Origin: Candidatus Pacearchaeota archaeon
GTDB lineage: Archaea; Nanobdellota; Nanobdellia; Pacearchaeales; GW2011-AR1
Direction of reading: 5' to 3'
DNA length: 57,373 bases
Assembly (NCBI GenBank): GCA_018303945.1
Contig: JAGVXD010000007.1
Coordinates: forward strand, 1-57,373
Below, one piece after another: positions 1 through 9,516 of the stretch. The translations under genes and the position numbers were made by a program. The notes under the pieces are model-generated. The model was not told the DNA's origin, did no database searches, and saw only the letters and a program-made list of their open reading frames with translations. Numbering within the stretch: the first letter of the stretch is position 1; every line of letters begins with the position of its first letter.

Positions 1-46
1 AGTTACCAATGTACACTTTGAATGAGATGAATGAAGAAATCTCTTA

Positions 47-394
47 CTAAGTTTCTCTCTTCCTAGAATTTAATCTTCCTTCCTTCTTTTTATCTATCTT
101 TAACATTTCATACATACCATATAAAGCCACTAAAATTAATAATAAACCTGATAACCCAAAGAAAGTACGGTAGCTTTCTAATGATTCACCCATTAAAGTT
201 TTATTTTGATAAGAATAGTATAATATAGATAACCCTGGGAAAATAGTTGAACCTAGGAAATAAGCACTAATAACATAGAAAATAACTTTATAATGAAATC
301 CTTTATACTTCCTGATTCCAAATATCAAAGCAACCAAAGCAAATACCAGACTAAGTAAAAAAGAAATACTATTTGCATCAATAATTAACCCCAT
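47..394 (-). CDS. small integral membrane protein, function unknown
   Basis: 115-aa ORF with several hydrophobic helices (LSLVFALVALIFGI, VIFYVISAYFLGSTIF, GLSGLLLILVALYGMY) and a basic C-tail. No catalytic motif recognised. Confidence 0.45.
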   Translation of the reverse strand: MGLIIDANSISFLLSLVFALVALIFGIRKYKGFHYKVIFYVISAYFLGSTIFPGLSILYYSYQNKTLMGESLESYRTFFGLSGLLLILVALYGMYEMLKIDKKKEGRLNSRKRET

Positions 395-395
395 T

Positions 396-542
396 TTATA
401 AGAACCTATAAGCGATTATTGCGCCTATAATGCCTCCAATTATAGAAAATTCTGGGTTTATTTGACCCACTATTAACCATCCCACTATTCCCCCAACAAG
501 AGTCATAACCACTTTAGGTGAAATTTGTCCTTTCTTATTCAT
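396..542 (-). CDS. possible 48-aa membrane peptide
   Basis: Hand translation below the track cut-off: MNKKGQISPKVVMTLVGGIVGWLIVGQINPEFSIIGGIIGAIIAYRFL. Gly-rich hydrophobic. Its stop lies 2 nt upstream of the next gene's start. Confidence 0.3.
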   Translation of the reverse strand: MNKKGQISPKVVMTLVGGIVGWLIVGQINPEFSIIGGIIGAIIAYRFL

Positions 543-576
543 GCTCTCTATTATCAAAGTATCATTAAAAATTTAT

Positions 577-1215
577 CTATATGTACTCTTTTGTAACGTC
601 TTCTCGTTTACCGTTTAAATCTTCAGCGTATAATTTTGTAAGGTTTTTATCTGCAGCCCATTTGAATTTATCATAAATAACTTGGTTACTCGAGGGGTCA
701 ACTGCAATTTTATAACCATCAATAGTGTAAAACTCTGCCCACGCATGGTCCCATTCTTTTGTCTCAGGTTTTACCATCCTTGCATTAAATCCAGATTTAT
801 TCATTACTTCTACAAAATATCTTGCATCTTCACCACATCTTCCCATTTTGGTAATAATTGTCCAAGATGCTGGACCTCCTCTGAAAAAGAACTTTGTTTT
901 GTTGTCAAATCTGTAAAGCCCCATTCCTCCACCTAAATGAAACTTTACCTCGTTCAATTGTGGATAATGAACATTCTTATTTGTCCAATTCATAAATAAC
1001 AAAGCTGTTGTTAGCGCGTCTGTTTCATTCCCTTTTATTTCTTTAATGTGCTCGACTACTATCTCTTTGCCATATATCCAATCATAGAAAACTGGAACAA
1101 AGTAGAGAATAGTAAAAAATAATAAAATTATAAAAAACAATATTAGCAGTTTAAGATAAAACACTATTATTGACTTCCAAAGATGACTGTTGTTATTCTT
1201 TGCTTTATGTTCCAT
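577..1215 (-). CDS. membrane-anchored transglutaminase-like cysteine protease domain protein
   Basis: N-terminal TM helix (IIVFYLKLLILFFIILLFFTILYF). A Cys-His-Asp arrangement typical of the transglutaminase-like core follows: GRCGEDARYF ... DHAWAEFY ... AVDPS. Confidence 0.6.
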   Translation of the reverse strand: MEHKAKNNNSHLWKSIIVFYLKLLILFFIILLFFTILYFVPVFYDWIYGKEIVVEHIKEIKGNETDALTTALLFMNWTNKNVHYPQLNEVKFHLGGGMGLYRFDNKTKFFFRGGPASWTIITKMGRCGEDARYFVEVMNKSGFNARMVKPETKEWDHAWAEFYTIDGYKIAVDPSSNQVIYDKFKWAADKNLTKLYAEDLNGKREDVTKEYI

Positions 1216-1631
1216 TTTTTATTTGCAAATTTAAGAATGGAACCTAAAATAGTTAATGAGACTAGTGCGAGAGTCATCTCAAATGAAATATGTAAAAAGC
1301 TAATTTCCTGCTTAAGCTCTCCGATTTCAGTGTGAAGGTCAGTTATATTCTGATTAAGAATGAATATGTTTTGATTAAGTGAAATAAGCTCCCTATTTGT
1401 AATATTAACTTCTTTTGATTCATATAATTCTTTATAATAGCTTGAGAGATTCTCATAATATATAGAGCTATTGTTAAAATCGGTTCTCTGTTGCTCACAG
1501 ATAGTTAGATTTGCCAAGATAGGATTCATTTGCAGTCTACAATCGATTGGTTGTGTTGGCGTTGTGTCTGCTGCATAAACTAAATTAAATAATGCTAAGA
1601 AAAGTACCAAAGAAAAGAATAACTTTTTCAT
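1167..1631 (-). CDS. secreted coiled-coil protein with C-terminal TM anchor
   Basis: Signal-peptide-like N-terminus (MKKLFFSLVLFLALFNLVYA), several N-x-S/T sequons, heptad-like middle and a C-terminal helix (LALVSLTILGSIL). Its start overlaps the stop of the upstream HNH gene (ATGA at 1628-1631). Confidence 0.5.
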   Translation of the reverse strand: MKKLFFSLVLFLALFNLVYAADTTPTQPIDCRLQMNPILANLTICEQQRTDFNNSSIYYENLSSYYKELYESKEVNITNRELISLNQNIFILNQNITDLHTEIGELKQEISFLHISFEMTLALVSLTILGSILKFANKKWNIKQRITTVIFGSQ

Positions 1632-2533
1632 TTTTTTGTCTCCTGTTGTTGACTATATTTCTTCAAAACATCATTATAATTTCCACCTAAGAGAATGTTT
1701 GAAAATATTTCTCTTTTTAATAATATGTTTTTAATATAAACTGGAATTAAGACTAATATTTCTTTTTGAAGATTCATGAACTCATCAAAAGCGATAGGTA
1801 AATTTTTCCATTTAGGATTGAGTTTAAAAAGATGTTTAGTGCATGGATTGGAATCATCAAATTCTAATTCCTTGGCTAACCAACTTATAGTCACGTGAGC
1901 AAAGATATCTCTTATTTTAGAGATTTTCTCTAAATCTGACAATAACGGTGGTTCTGGGGAGTTTGGTAATTCTATTGAAGTAGATTTTTTGCCAAGCTGG
2001 CAATACCAACATAAAACCCCTACGTCTGGTATGTCTTCTTTACCAAAATTCTCATAATGAATATGATGGGTACTCAATTGCTCTGTGCTACCGCACTTGC
2101 TACATTTCTTAAAATAATTTATAAAATAACCGTCTTTCTTCTTCCATTCTTCACTCTGGATATAATCTCGATAAACAACTTCGTCATCCATCTTTTTTAG
2201 AATATTTTTTAAAATCCTTATTTTGTCGTTAAATCCTAATCCCCCAAGTTCATTTTTATTTTTAGCACCTGTAATCAAATGAAACTCTTTCTTTTCAGGA
2301 TTAATAACCAAATCTTCCCCGCCTGTTTTTGTAATAAGTTCGTCAAAGGCTGTTTCAAGAATTATTGAAGCCTCAATAACTCTTCCCCTTGCAATAACAA
2401 CTTCTTTATATTTTTCATTCAAATTAGGAATCTTTTCTTTTACAAATCTTTTAGATTCTTCAGTCATTCTATCTACGTCCGATATATTTTTCTCTTTTAT
2501 CAGATTATCAAATTCCTTTAAATCCTCAGTCAT
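1628..2533 (-). CDS. HNH-type zinc-finger nuclease motif embedded in a helical protein; R-M-linked accessory gene
   Basis: CSKCGSTEQLSTHHIHYENFGKEDIPDVGVLCWYCQ matches the CxxC...HH...N...CxxC HNH signature. The C-terminal IRDIFAH resembles the R-[ND]-x-x-A-H motif of Abi_2/DUF4145-type proteins (weak). ATGA overlap with the hsdS stop at 2530-2533. Confidence 0.6.
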   Translation of the reverse strand: MTEDLKEFDNLIKEKNISDVDRMTEESKRFVKEKIPNLNEKYKEVVIARGRVIEASIILETAFDELITKTGGEDLVINPEKKEFHLITGAKNKNELGGLGFNDKIRILKNILKKMDDEVVYRDYIQSEEWKKKDGYFINYFKKCSKCGSTEQLSTHHIHYENFGKEDIPDVGVLCWYCQLGKKSTSIELPNSPEPPLLSDLEKISKIRDIFAHVTISWLAKELEFDDSNPCTKHLFKLNPKWKNLPIAFDEFMNLQKEILVLIPVYIKNILLKREIFSNILLGGNYNDVLKKYSQQQETKK

Positions 2534-3729
2534 ACTTTCAATTCTCCGTTAAATGCCTTTTGCATTAATGCATCAAAAAGAGTGTTTATTTCATTTGTAG
2601 TTTTTTGTTGATGCTCTTTTATCTTTTCAACTTTCTCAACAAGTTCAGCGAATTTATTTTGGAGCAATATCGGAGGAACAGGTATTTGAGTCTTTTTTAT
2701 GACATCCATAGAAGCAACATTTTTTATTCCTGAACCTTCAGCATTTCCAAATAACTTTCTTTGAACAGTCACAGACTCAAGAAAGTATTTTAAATAAATT
2801 TGTAAGATTTTATTTCTATCTACAGTAATTTTGAGTAATGCCTGATTTATTATTCCATGTTTTACATCTTTTGGTGCTATTGCAATCTTTCCAATCGTTC
2901 CAGAACAGCTAACAAGTATATCTCCTTCCTTGACTGCAAAAGGCAACATATCTTCATATTTTTCTTTAGTTATATAGTACTCTCCTAAATCAAAGTTATT
3001 TTTTATTGCGTGTTGTTGCTCGTATACTTTGTAACCATCTTTTACAAATATCTCCTTTTTTAAAGACCCTCCGAACGGACCTCTTTTTAATGAATGTCGA
3101 TCATTAGCTACAACTTCTTTTAGAGTCTGAACTGGAAATTTCTTATCGTTTTTAGTTGGATCGCCGAACATCTCATAGAAAATATTAGTTATTACGGAAG
3201 ATGTTTCTTCATTTGCTCTCTCTCTTCTCTGATTTAATCGTTCGGCTTGTTCAAGAATTTCCACTATCTCTTTTTGAATCTGAATTGGTGGCACAGGAAT
3301 CTTTATATTTAATATCTTATTAGAAGAAATATGTTTTACGGTTACAAATGGTGTCGTATCTTCAATTAATTGCAGACTCTCTTGAATCAAATAAAATATA
3401 TATCTTGGAATAATCTTCTCAGAGAATTTTGTTAATTTACATACTCTTTGATTTAAAAGAGACATCTCACCTTTCCATTCATAAATCTTAAATTCTCCAT
3501 CCATACCCATTAAAAAATCTCCTTTAGCTACTAAGTAATCTTCTTTGTAGTCTCCAGAGTAATAGGTGTTTGATTTACTATTTTGCAAATCTCTTATTCT
3601 TATCAACGGAAGACCTTTTTTATCTTCATTAAATAAATTGGATTTAAAAGCATAACCATTGATTAATTTAGCAACATCCTGGACCTTATTCCATTCCCAA
3701 CCCTTTGGTAATTTTTTATCTTCAGCCAT
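2530..3729 (-). CDS. hsdS: type I restriction-modification specificity subunit HsdS
   Basis: Two target-recognition halves, each followed by the conserved helical repeat (VPPIQIQKEIVEILEQAERL... and VPPILLQNKFAELVEKVEKI...). I start at the internal ATG (MAEDKKLPKGWEW), which has GGAGG 9 nt upstream. The track ORF extends to 3786 and would overlap hsdM by 53 nt. Confidence 0.85.
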   Translation of the reverse strand: MAEDKKLPKGWEWNKVQDVAKLINGYAFKSNLFNEDKKGLPLIRIRDLQNSKSNTYYSGDYKEDYLVAKGDFLMGMDGEFKIYEWKGEMSLLNQRVCKLTKFSEKIIPRYIFYLIQESLQLIEDTTPFVTVKHISSNKILNIKIPVPPIQIQKEIVEILEQAERLNQRRERANEETSSVITNIFYEMFGDPTKNDKKFPVQTLKEVVANDRHSLKRGPFGGSLKKEIFVKDGYKVYEQQHAIKNNFDLGEYYITKEKYEDMLPFAVKEGDILVSCSGTIGKIAIAPKDVKHGIINQALLKITVDRNKILQIYLKYFLESVTVQRKLFGNAEGSGIKNVASMDVIKKTQIPVPPILLQNKFAELVEKVEKIKEHQQKTTNEINTLFDALMQKAFNGELKV

Positions 3730-3733
3730 TATG

Positions 3734-5218
3734 TCACAACCTCCCTTTGAGGTCACGAAGGTCTTCGACAATGGCCTCCTCTTCATTCAAAATTGAATCA
3801 ATCATTTTCTTTGGATCTTTGTATTCAATTTCAGCGACTTCGTTTTTTCTGTATTTTTGAATTGAAAGGTTATAATCGCCATCTCCTTTGATGGTAGCAA
3901 AGTCTATACTGAAGCTTTGAGGTCCTTCTGCTTTTGTCTTGAATTTTTTAATAATGTCTGGAATGTCTCCTTTTCCGTCAATGAAATCTCTCTTTTGGTC
4001 AAGACTGTATCCATCTGCTTTCATATCGTAGAACCATACTTTGTTTGTCTTTCCACCTTTAGTAAATACAAGAACCGCAGTACCTACACCAGAATATGGT
4101 TGAAATACCCCTGAAGGTAAAGAAATAACTGCTTCAAGCTCACACTTTTCTAAAAGAATCTTTCTCACTTCTTTGTGAGCATTTGAACTTCCGAATAATA
4201 CTCCGTTTGGAACAATTACTCCTGCTTTTCCGCCTTTATGCAGTAAGTTATGAAATAATTCTACAAACAATAACTCCGTTTTTGTTGTCTTTATCTTAAA
4301 ATTATCGTTTATATCACTTTCATCTATACTTCCTGTGAATGGTGGATTAGCGATAATTACATCATAAGCTTCTTTTTGTTGGAATGCTTTAGATAAACCG
4401 TCTCCGTAGATTATGTTAGGATGTTCAATTCCGTGGAGAATCATATTCATTAATGCTAATCTTACCATTGTAGAGTCATTATCATGCCCGTAGAATGTTT
4501 CTCTTCTTAGGAAATCCCATTTCTTTTTATCGTGAATTTTATCTCCCACTAGATTATGGGCAGTTCCTTCTTCATCATATTCTATCATTTCCTCAGAAGT
4601 ATTTTGTTTTAAGATATGTTCATAAGCATTGATTAAGAATCCAGCAGTTCCGCATGCAGGGTCACATATCTTTTGCCCCAGCTTTGGTTCGACAAGAGAT
4701 ACAATCATCTTAATAATATGTCTTGGAGTTCTGAACTGACCATTCATTCCAGATGTTTTAAGTTCATTCAAAAGATATTCATAAATATCTCCTTGAACAT
4801 CCTGATTTTGAGCACTTAGATTAATACTATCAATAATAGATACTGCTTCCTGTAATAGAGATGCTTTAGGAATTAAGAATACCGCGTCTTTCATACTTTC
4901 TGCAAATAGAGTATCTTCTCCTCTTCGTATCTTTTTTATAAATGGGAATACAGCATCTCTAACATGACGAAGCATATCATCTGCATTGAAGTGTTTCCAA
5001 TTTGACCAACGACATTCTTTGTATTCTTCAAATATGGATTGATATTTCTCTCCTCTAGCTTCTGCTAGCGATTTGTGTCTATTATCTAAGTCTTCAATTC
5101 TTTTCATAAAAATAATATAAGACATTTGCTCAATTGCCATCAAAGGATTAGATATTCCACCGCTCCAGAATTTATCCCATAGCTTATTGATTTGCGATTT
5201 TAGGTCTTGCTTTAACAT
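3734..5218 (-). CDS. hsdM: type I R-M N6-adenine DNA methyltransferase subunit HsdM
   Basis: AdoMet motif DPACGTAGFL and catalytic IIANPPFTG (NPPF). HsdM-type N-terminal helical domain. Lies directly upstream of hsdS. Confidence 0.9.
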   Translation of the reverse strand: MLKQDLKSQINKLWDKFWSGGISNPLMAIEQMSYIIFMKRIEDLDNRHKSLAEARGEKYQSIFEEYKECRWSNWKHFNADDMLRHVRDAVFPFIKKIRRGEDTLFAESMKDAVFLIPKASLLQEAVSIIDSINLSAQNQDVQGDIYEYLLNELKTSGMNGQFRTPRHIIKMIVSLVEPKLGQKICDPACGTAGFLINAYEHILKQNTSEEMIEYDEEGTAHNLVGDKIHDKKKWDFLRRETFYGHDNDSTMVRLALMNMILHGIEHPNIIYGDGLSKAFQQKEAYDVIIANPPFTGSIDESDINDNFKIKTTKTELLFVELFHNLLHKGGKAGVIVPNGVLFGSSNAHKEVRKILLEKCELEAVISLPSGVFQPYSGVGTAVLVFTKGGKTNKVWFYDMKADGYSLDQKRDFIDGKGDIPDIIKKFKTKAEGPQSFSIDFATIKGDGDYNLSIQKYRKNEVAEIEYKDPKKMIDSILNEEEAIVEDLRDLKGRL

Positions 5219-5219
5219 T

Positions 5220-5609
5220 TTATTCTTTGAACCTCCTTATTGCTTCGGGTATATATGACTGCTTCTTCTTAATTTGTTTTAAGAATTTGTTTCTTTTATC
5301 AATACCTTGTTTCATAGCTAAGTATACACTTTCAACGAAATGTGGACCTAACTTGCTTGAAACGATTAGAGGATTACTTGTACCTGTATGAATTGCCCAA
5401 ATAAAAGAGTCTGATTCTGGGTCGTAAGTAAAATTGTTTTCTCCTATTGTAGGAAAAACGTTTTGGCTTGTGCCTTTAACTTTTTCTGTTTCTTTCTTAA
5501 TTAGACTTGCAACAAACTCATTTACTTTCTTCTTTTCTCTGTCGCAAATGATTTTCATTGCCCCGTAATCTTCTTCACTTATCTTTGCAGATATTGTTTT
5601 CCATTCCAT
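5220..5609 (-). CDS. ribbon-helix-helix-like small protein inside the R-M operon
   Basis: The N-terminus KTISAKISEEDYGAMKIICDREKKKVNEFVASLIKKE has a beta-strand/helix/helix pattern like CopG/Arc. The gene sits between hsdR and hsdM, and its stop is 2 nt from the hsdM start. Confidence 0.5.
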   Translation of the reverse strand: MEWKTISAKISEEDYGAMKIICDREKKKVNEFVASLIKKETEKVKGTSQNVFPTIGENNFTYDPESDSFIWAIHTGTSNPLIVSSKLGPHFVESVYLAMKQGIDKRNKFLKQIKKKQSYIPEAIRRFKE

Positions 5610-5680
5610 AACAAATCTTATGCAGAAGACTTTAAATACTTATTTGTATACAAATAATACATATTATGTATACATCTAGT

Positions 5681-8482
5681 CTAAATTTCCTTTTCTAAGT
5701 TAGTACACATAACAACAAGCTCTTTAAGTTCTTTATCGTTGAATAATGGTCTTGGTGCCTTGCCAATATTTGTAAATGGTACATCAAATAGGTCTTCCAT
5801 TGCAATATGTTTCCTAGCCATGAAAACACTCTTTAGTGTTATTAAGAATCTCTGCTGGTCTGCATTTAAGTCACTTCTTTCAATCATGTAAGTCTTGAAA
5901 GCTTCATCAATAATTTTCTTCGAATCTGGGAACTGATATAATCCCAATATCAATTTAATGAATTGAGTAAGTGTCCCTTTAGGTTTATCAAACGTCTTTC
6001 TAAGTGTTTCTTCAGTAATATATAACTCAGGACTATTGAGAGTATCTTCTAACTTCTTGATATCTGCTTCAGTCAAAACCTTGTTCTCTCTTATCTTTGA
6101 TAACGTAGGATGTTTCGCAGCTAGTTCTTTAATTCTTTTCTCTACTCTTTCTTTGTAGACTTTTACATATTCCTGTTTGGGATTTGATGCTGGTCCAAAC
6201 TCAATAAGTCTTCTTTGTTGAACAACATCATCTATGTCTAAAGTAATCTTTGGAACAGGTTCAGGTCGTTTATATTTCATCAGAGGTGCAATTTCTTTAA
6301 GGAGAGTTAAGGTATCAGTATATCTTATCTTATTCCAGAAAGGAGCTTCTGAAACCTTATCAAGTAATTCATTTTTCTTCTTAACATCATTAATTGTTCG
6401 TGGTAAGCAGTTTATATCTTCAACAATATCAACAGCTAGTCTGTCTATTTCATCTTGATTTTTATTTAATATAGCTAAACCCAATCTTTCTATTTTCAAT
6501 ACAAATGACTCTGTATCTAGGTTCACATTTTGTTTGAATCTCATAAGTGGCGTTATCTTAGTTCTTAAAAATTCAAATGCATCAAGTCCGATATTCTTCC
6601 AGATTTTTTCTGATAGAGCCGTGTCAACCTCTTCTCTTTTCTCCCTTATTGCAACAGATTTCATAGGTAGTGATTCTATGTCATTTTTTATTCTTTGGAG
6701 AACCTCTATTCCTTCAGGTTTATCTTTGATAATTTTATATTGATTAATTCTCGCTAAGAATATTCTTGAAGGCAAAGCTAAACTTGAACTAGGTTCTCTT
6801 CCTTGCGGATGCATATTGAACCAGTCGAAGTTATTCCAACAATCAAATATTAAGAAATTATCTTTTTTACCACCTGCTAGCCAATCTTTATGTTCGCAAG
6901 CCTCATCAGGTCTTGTTCCTCTACCAATCATCTGCCAAAACTTAATTTTTGAAAAGACAGGTTTAGCAAATACAAGATTAGAAACTTCTGGAATGTCTAC
7001 CCCCGTATCGAGCATATCCACGGATATTGCTATTCTTGGAAGAGAATCAGTTTTGAAATCTTTAAGTAAATCTTGAGCTCTAGAATCTTCTGAAGTGATG
7101 ATTACTGCAAGTTTACTCTTGTATTCAGGATAGAGTTTGTTAAATGCCTCCCATAATCTTTTAGCGTGTTGCTTTGATACAGCAAAGAATATTGTTTTTG
7201 CAGGCAGAATTCCAGCCTTATCCCATATGCAGTTGTCATAAAATTCTTTCACTATTGCTTCATTAGTTCCTTTGATTATAACTTTTCTTTCAATGTCTGT
7301 TCCTTCAAAGTTAATATCTTCATCTTCAATTCCTTTTTCCGATAATTCTTTCTTAATTGTTTCAGGTACATCTTTTGGTTTTACTCCTTCGATTTGAAAA
7401 TGAGTTTGAGAACTATGTACCCTAAATGGAACGAGCCAACCATCTGCTACTGCGTCGTCAAATTCATACAAGAATGTTGGACTGTCATCGCACTCAAAGA
7501 ATCTAAATGTGTCTCTATCCAATAAACCTGATGGCGTAGCAGTTAATCCGACTTGAACTGCATCAAAGTATGTAAATACATCTTTCCATTTATTATAGAT
7601 TGAACGATGAGCTTCATCTGAGATTATTAAATCAAAATCGCCAGGTGAGAAATCATGATAACATTCCATAAAAGTTTGAATCGTTGATGCATAAAGACGA
7701 GCATTTTTATCTAAGTTTCCAGAATATATTTTTTGTCTTGATTCGTTTGTAAACCATTTCTTAAAACCATCATTAAAAGCTTGGTCTCGAAGTGCTTTTC
7801 TATCAGTTAGGAATAATATCTTCTGAGCTCTTTTTGATTGCATTAAAATATCAATTAGTGCCATAGCAACTCTCGTCTTACCTGTTCCAGTTGCTTGAAC
7901 AAGTAGGAACTTTCTTTTTCCTTTCTTTATACCGTCTAATACTCTATTAACGGATTCGATTTGATAGTCTCTATTGATAATATCCTTTCTGATTTTTACT
8001 TGTGAAAATTCAAGCCTATTTGCATTTTGATATTTTAGTCTCTCCAATGCTTCAAGGCTATAGAATCCTTTAATCATTCTCATGCTCTCGTGTGGAGTAG
8101 GATGCTTCCAGTTCCAGAACCATATTTCATCACCATTTGATAAAAATATGAAAACTTCTTTTCCTGTTTGTCTAAAAATATCTTCTGCGTATTGTTCTGC
8201 TTGTTTCTTTCCTATAATCGGGTCTTTAGTTGTTCTCTTTGCTTCAATTATAGCAAGAGGGTCACCATTACTATCAAGAAGAAGATAATCAGCATACTTA
8301 CTCTCCAAATCATTTTTGAATGTCTCCGAAACTTCAAGATATTTTTGGTCTTTAAACTTGGATTGTTTTGTATCTATCTCCGTTCTAACCCTTGATGTGT
8401 CTTTAACATCCCAACCTTGTTCTTTCAAATAAACATCAATTCTTGTCTTCCTTGTTTGTAGTTCACTTAGGTATTGTTGCAT
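5681..8482 (-). CDS. hsdR: type I restriction enzyme R subunit HsdR (nuclease + SF2 translocase)
   Basis: N-terminal PD-(D/E)xK-like ADYLLLDSNGDPLAIIEAKR, Walker A QATGTGKT, DEAH box ISDEAHRS, and a long helical C-terminal domain. Confidence 0.9.
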   Translation of the reverse strand: MQQYLSELQTRKTRIDVYLKEQGWDVKDTSRVRTEIDTKQSKFKDQKYLEVSETFKNDLESKYADYLLLDSNGDPLAIIEAKRTTKDPIIGKKQAEQYAEDIFRQTGKEVFIFLSNGDEIWFWNWKHPTPHESMRMIKGFYSLEALERLKYQNANRLEFSQVKIRKDIINRDYQIESVNRVLDGIKKGKRKFLLVQATGTGKTRVAMALIDILMQSKRAQKILFLTDRKALRDQAFNDGFKKWFTNESRQKIYSGNLDKNARLYASTIQTFMECYHDFSPGDFDLIISDEAHRSIYNKWKDVFTYFDAVQVGLTATPSGLLDRDTFRFFECDDSPTFLYEFDDAVADGWLVPFRVHSSQTHFQIEGVKPKDVPETIKKELSEKGIEDEDINFEGTDIERKVIIKGTNEAIVKEFYDNCIWDKAGILPAKTIFFAVSKQHAKRLWEAFNKLYPEYKSKLAVIITSEDSRAQDLLKDFKTDSLPRIAISVDMLDTGVDIPEVSNLVFAKPVFSKIKFWQMIGRGTRPDEACEHKDWLAGGKKDNFLIFDCWNNFDWFNMHPQGREPSSSLALPSRIFLARINQYKIIKDKPEGIEVLQRIKNDIESLPMKSVAIREKREEVDTALSEKIWKNIGLDAFEFLRTKITPLMRFKQNVNLDTESFVLKIERLGLAILNKNQDEIDRLAVDIVEDINCLPRTINDVKKKNELLDKVSEAPFWNKIRYTDTLTLLKEIAPLMKYKRPEPVPKITLDIDDVVQQRRLIEFGPASNPKQEYVKVYKERVEKRIKELAAKHPTLSKIRENKVLTEADIKKLEDTLNSPELYITEETLRKTFDKPKGTLTQFIKLILGLYQFPDSKKIIDEAFKTYMIERSDLNADQQRFLITLKSVFMARKHIAMEDLFDVPFTNIGKAPRPLFNDKELKELVVMCTNLEKEI

Positions 8483-8539
8483 ATAAAACCCAAGAAAACC
8501 CTATTAAAAAGTCTTTCCTTATCAAGATATTAATATTAT

Positions 8540-9226
8540 TTATTCACAAGTATTATTATTTCTTAATATCTTCCATACAACAAATGTAGATGGATTTTTC
8601 TTATTCTTACTCCTATCATAATAATACGTTTGTTTGGAAATATCTTTTATAGATAGTGTTGGGTTATCCTTTTTTATTTTTAAAACATCCTCAGTTAATC
8701 TTTTATTATTGAAAACTTCTTTCCTTCCCCATTTATTTCCTTTATAGGATTGTGTTGGTTTACCATCTTCCTTTCTTACAGCATTCTTAATTCTATCTGA
8801 CTTTTTTTCGGATTCATCTTCCGCAATCCATCCTAAAATTTGTATCATCATAGAAAATAGTATTTCATTCCATGGCTCTGGTGCTTTATACACATCTTCC
8901 AACCAGTTTTGTCTGAGTGAGTAAATCCTACACTTAAACATCTTACAAACCTCAAAAAAACTAACTAACTTCTTTCTATTTCTATACAATCTATCTAAAT
9001 CCCAAACGATTATTATTTTTATATTGCTACGTTTGATTTCTTTTATAATAGTATTAAACACTTCTCTCTTATCATCGTTTTTGAAAGCTGACTTTTGTTC
9101 TTCTACAATATCATAATCATCTTCCCTCAAATTTAACTTCCTCACAATTTCCTTACATCCATTTAGTTGTAGTTCGGGAGTTTGTTCCGTTGTAGATGTT
9201 CTCAAATAGATTATGTTTTGTTTCAT
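8540..9226 (-). CDS. serine recombinase (resolvase/invertase family)
   Basis: N-terminal IIYLRTSTTEQ (catalytic Ser context), WDLDRLYRN motif, and a C-terminal basic HTH-like tail. Confidence 0.85.
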   Translation of the reverse strand: MKQNIIYLRTSTTEQTPELQLNGCKEIVRKLNLREDDYDIVEEQKSAFKNDDKREVFNTIIKEIKRSNIKIIIVWDLDRLYRNRKKLVSFFEVCKMFKCRIYSLRQNWLEDVYKAPEPWNEILFSMMIQILGWIAEDESEKKSDRIKNAVRKEDGKPTQSYKGNKWGRKEVFNNKRLTEDVLKIKKDNPTLSIKDISKQTYYYDRSKNKKNPSTFVVWKILRNNNTCE

Positions 9227-9390
9227 TATTTTATTATAGTTCCTTTTTTGTTTAGATAAAAATTATTGTTTTCATCTAATTTATTTAGTAAATTAAATAA
9301 TGAACGTACAAAAATATTATTATTTCCCGTAAAGAGATTACTATGAATCCCAACTCTCCTATTATATATGTGTGATATGCTGAGTTAACT

Positions 9391-9483
9391 GCTATGTAAG
9401 TCTAGCTCTCTCGTTCAACTCATTTAATTGATTCGATTCAACTCAATTAATTAAGTTCAATCATGGATTTGTAGCTACATAGC
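9391..9483. repeat. iteron-like direct repeats bracketed by an 8-bp inverted repeat (candidate res/origin/operator site)
   Basis: TTCAACTCATTTAATT (9414-9429) and TTCAACTCAATTAATT (9437-9452) are direct repeats with one mismatch, plus a partial GTTCAA. GCTATGTA (9391-9398) and TACATAGC (9476-9483) form an inverted repeat around them. The site lies in the 290-nt gap upstream of the serine recombinase gene. Confidence 0.4.
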
Positions 9484-9516
9484 GGTAAAATACCAAAAGC
9501 GAGGTATAGGATTGGA

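Noticed and set aside
6234-8395. Plus-strand ORFs inside hsdR (6234-6458, 6534-6743, 6816-7076, 8082-8288, 8168-8395)
   Set aside because: They are antisense to a well-supported gene and are Ser/Phe/Leu/Ile-rich, as expected from the complement of AT-rich coding sequence.
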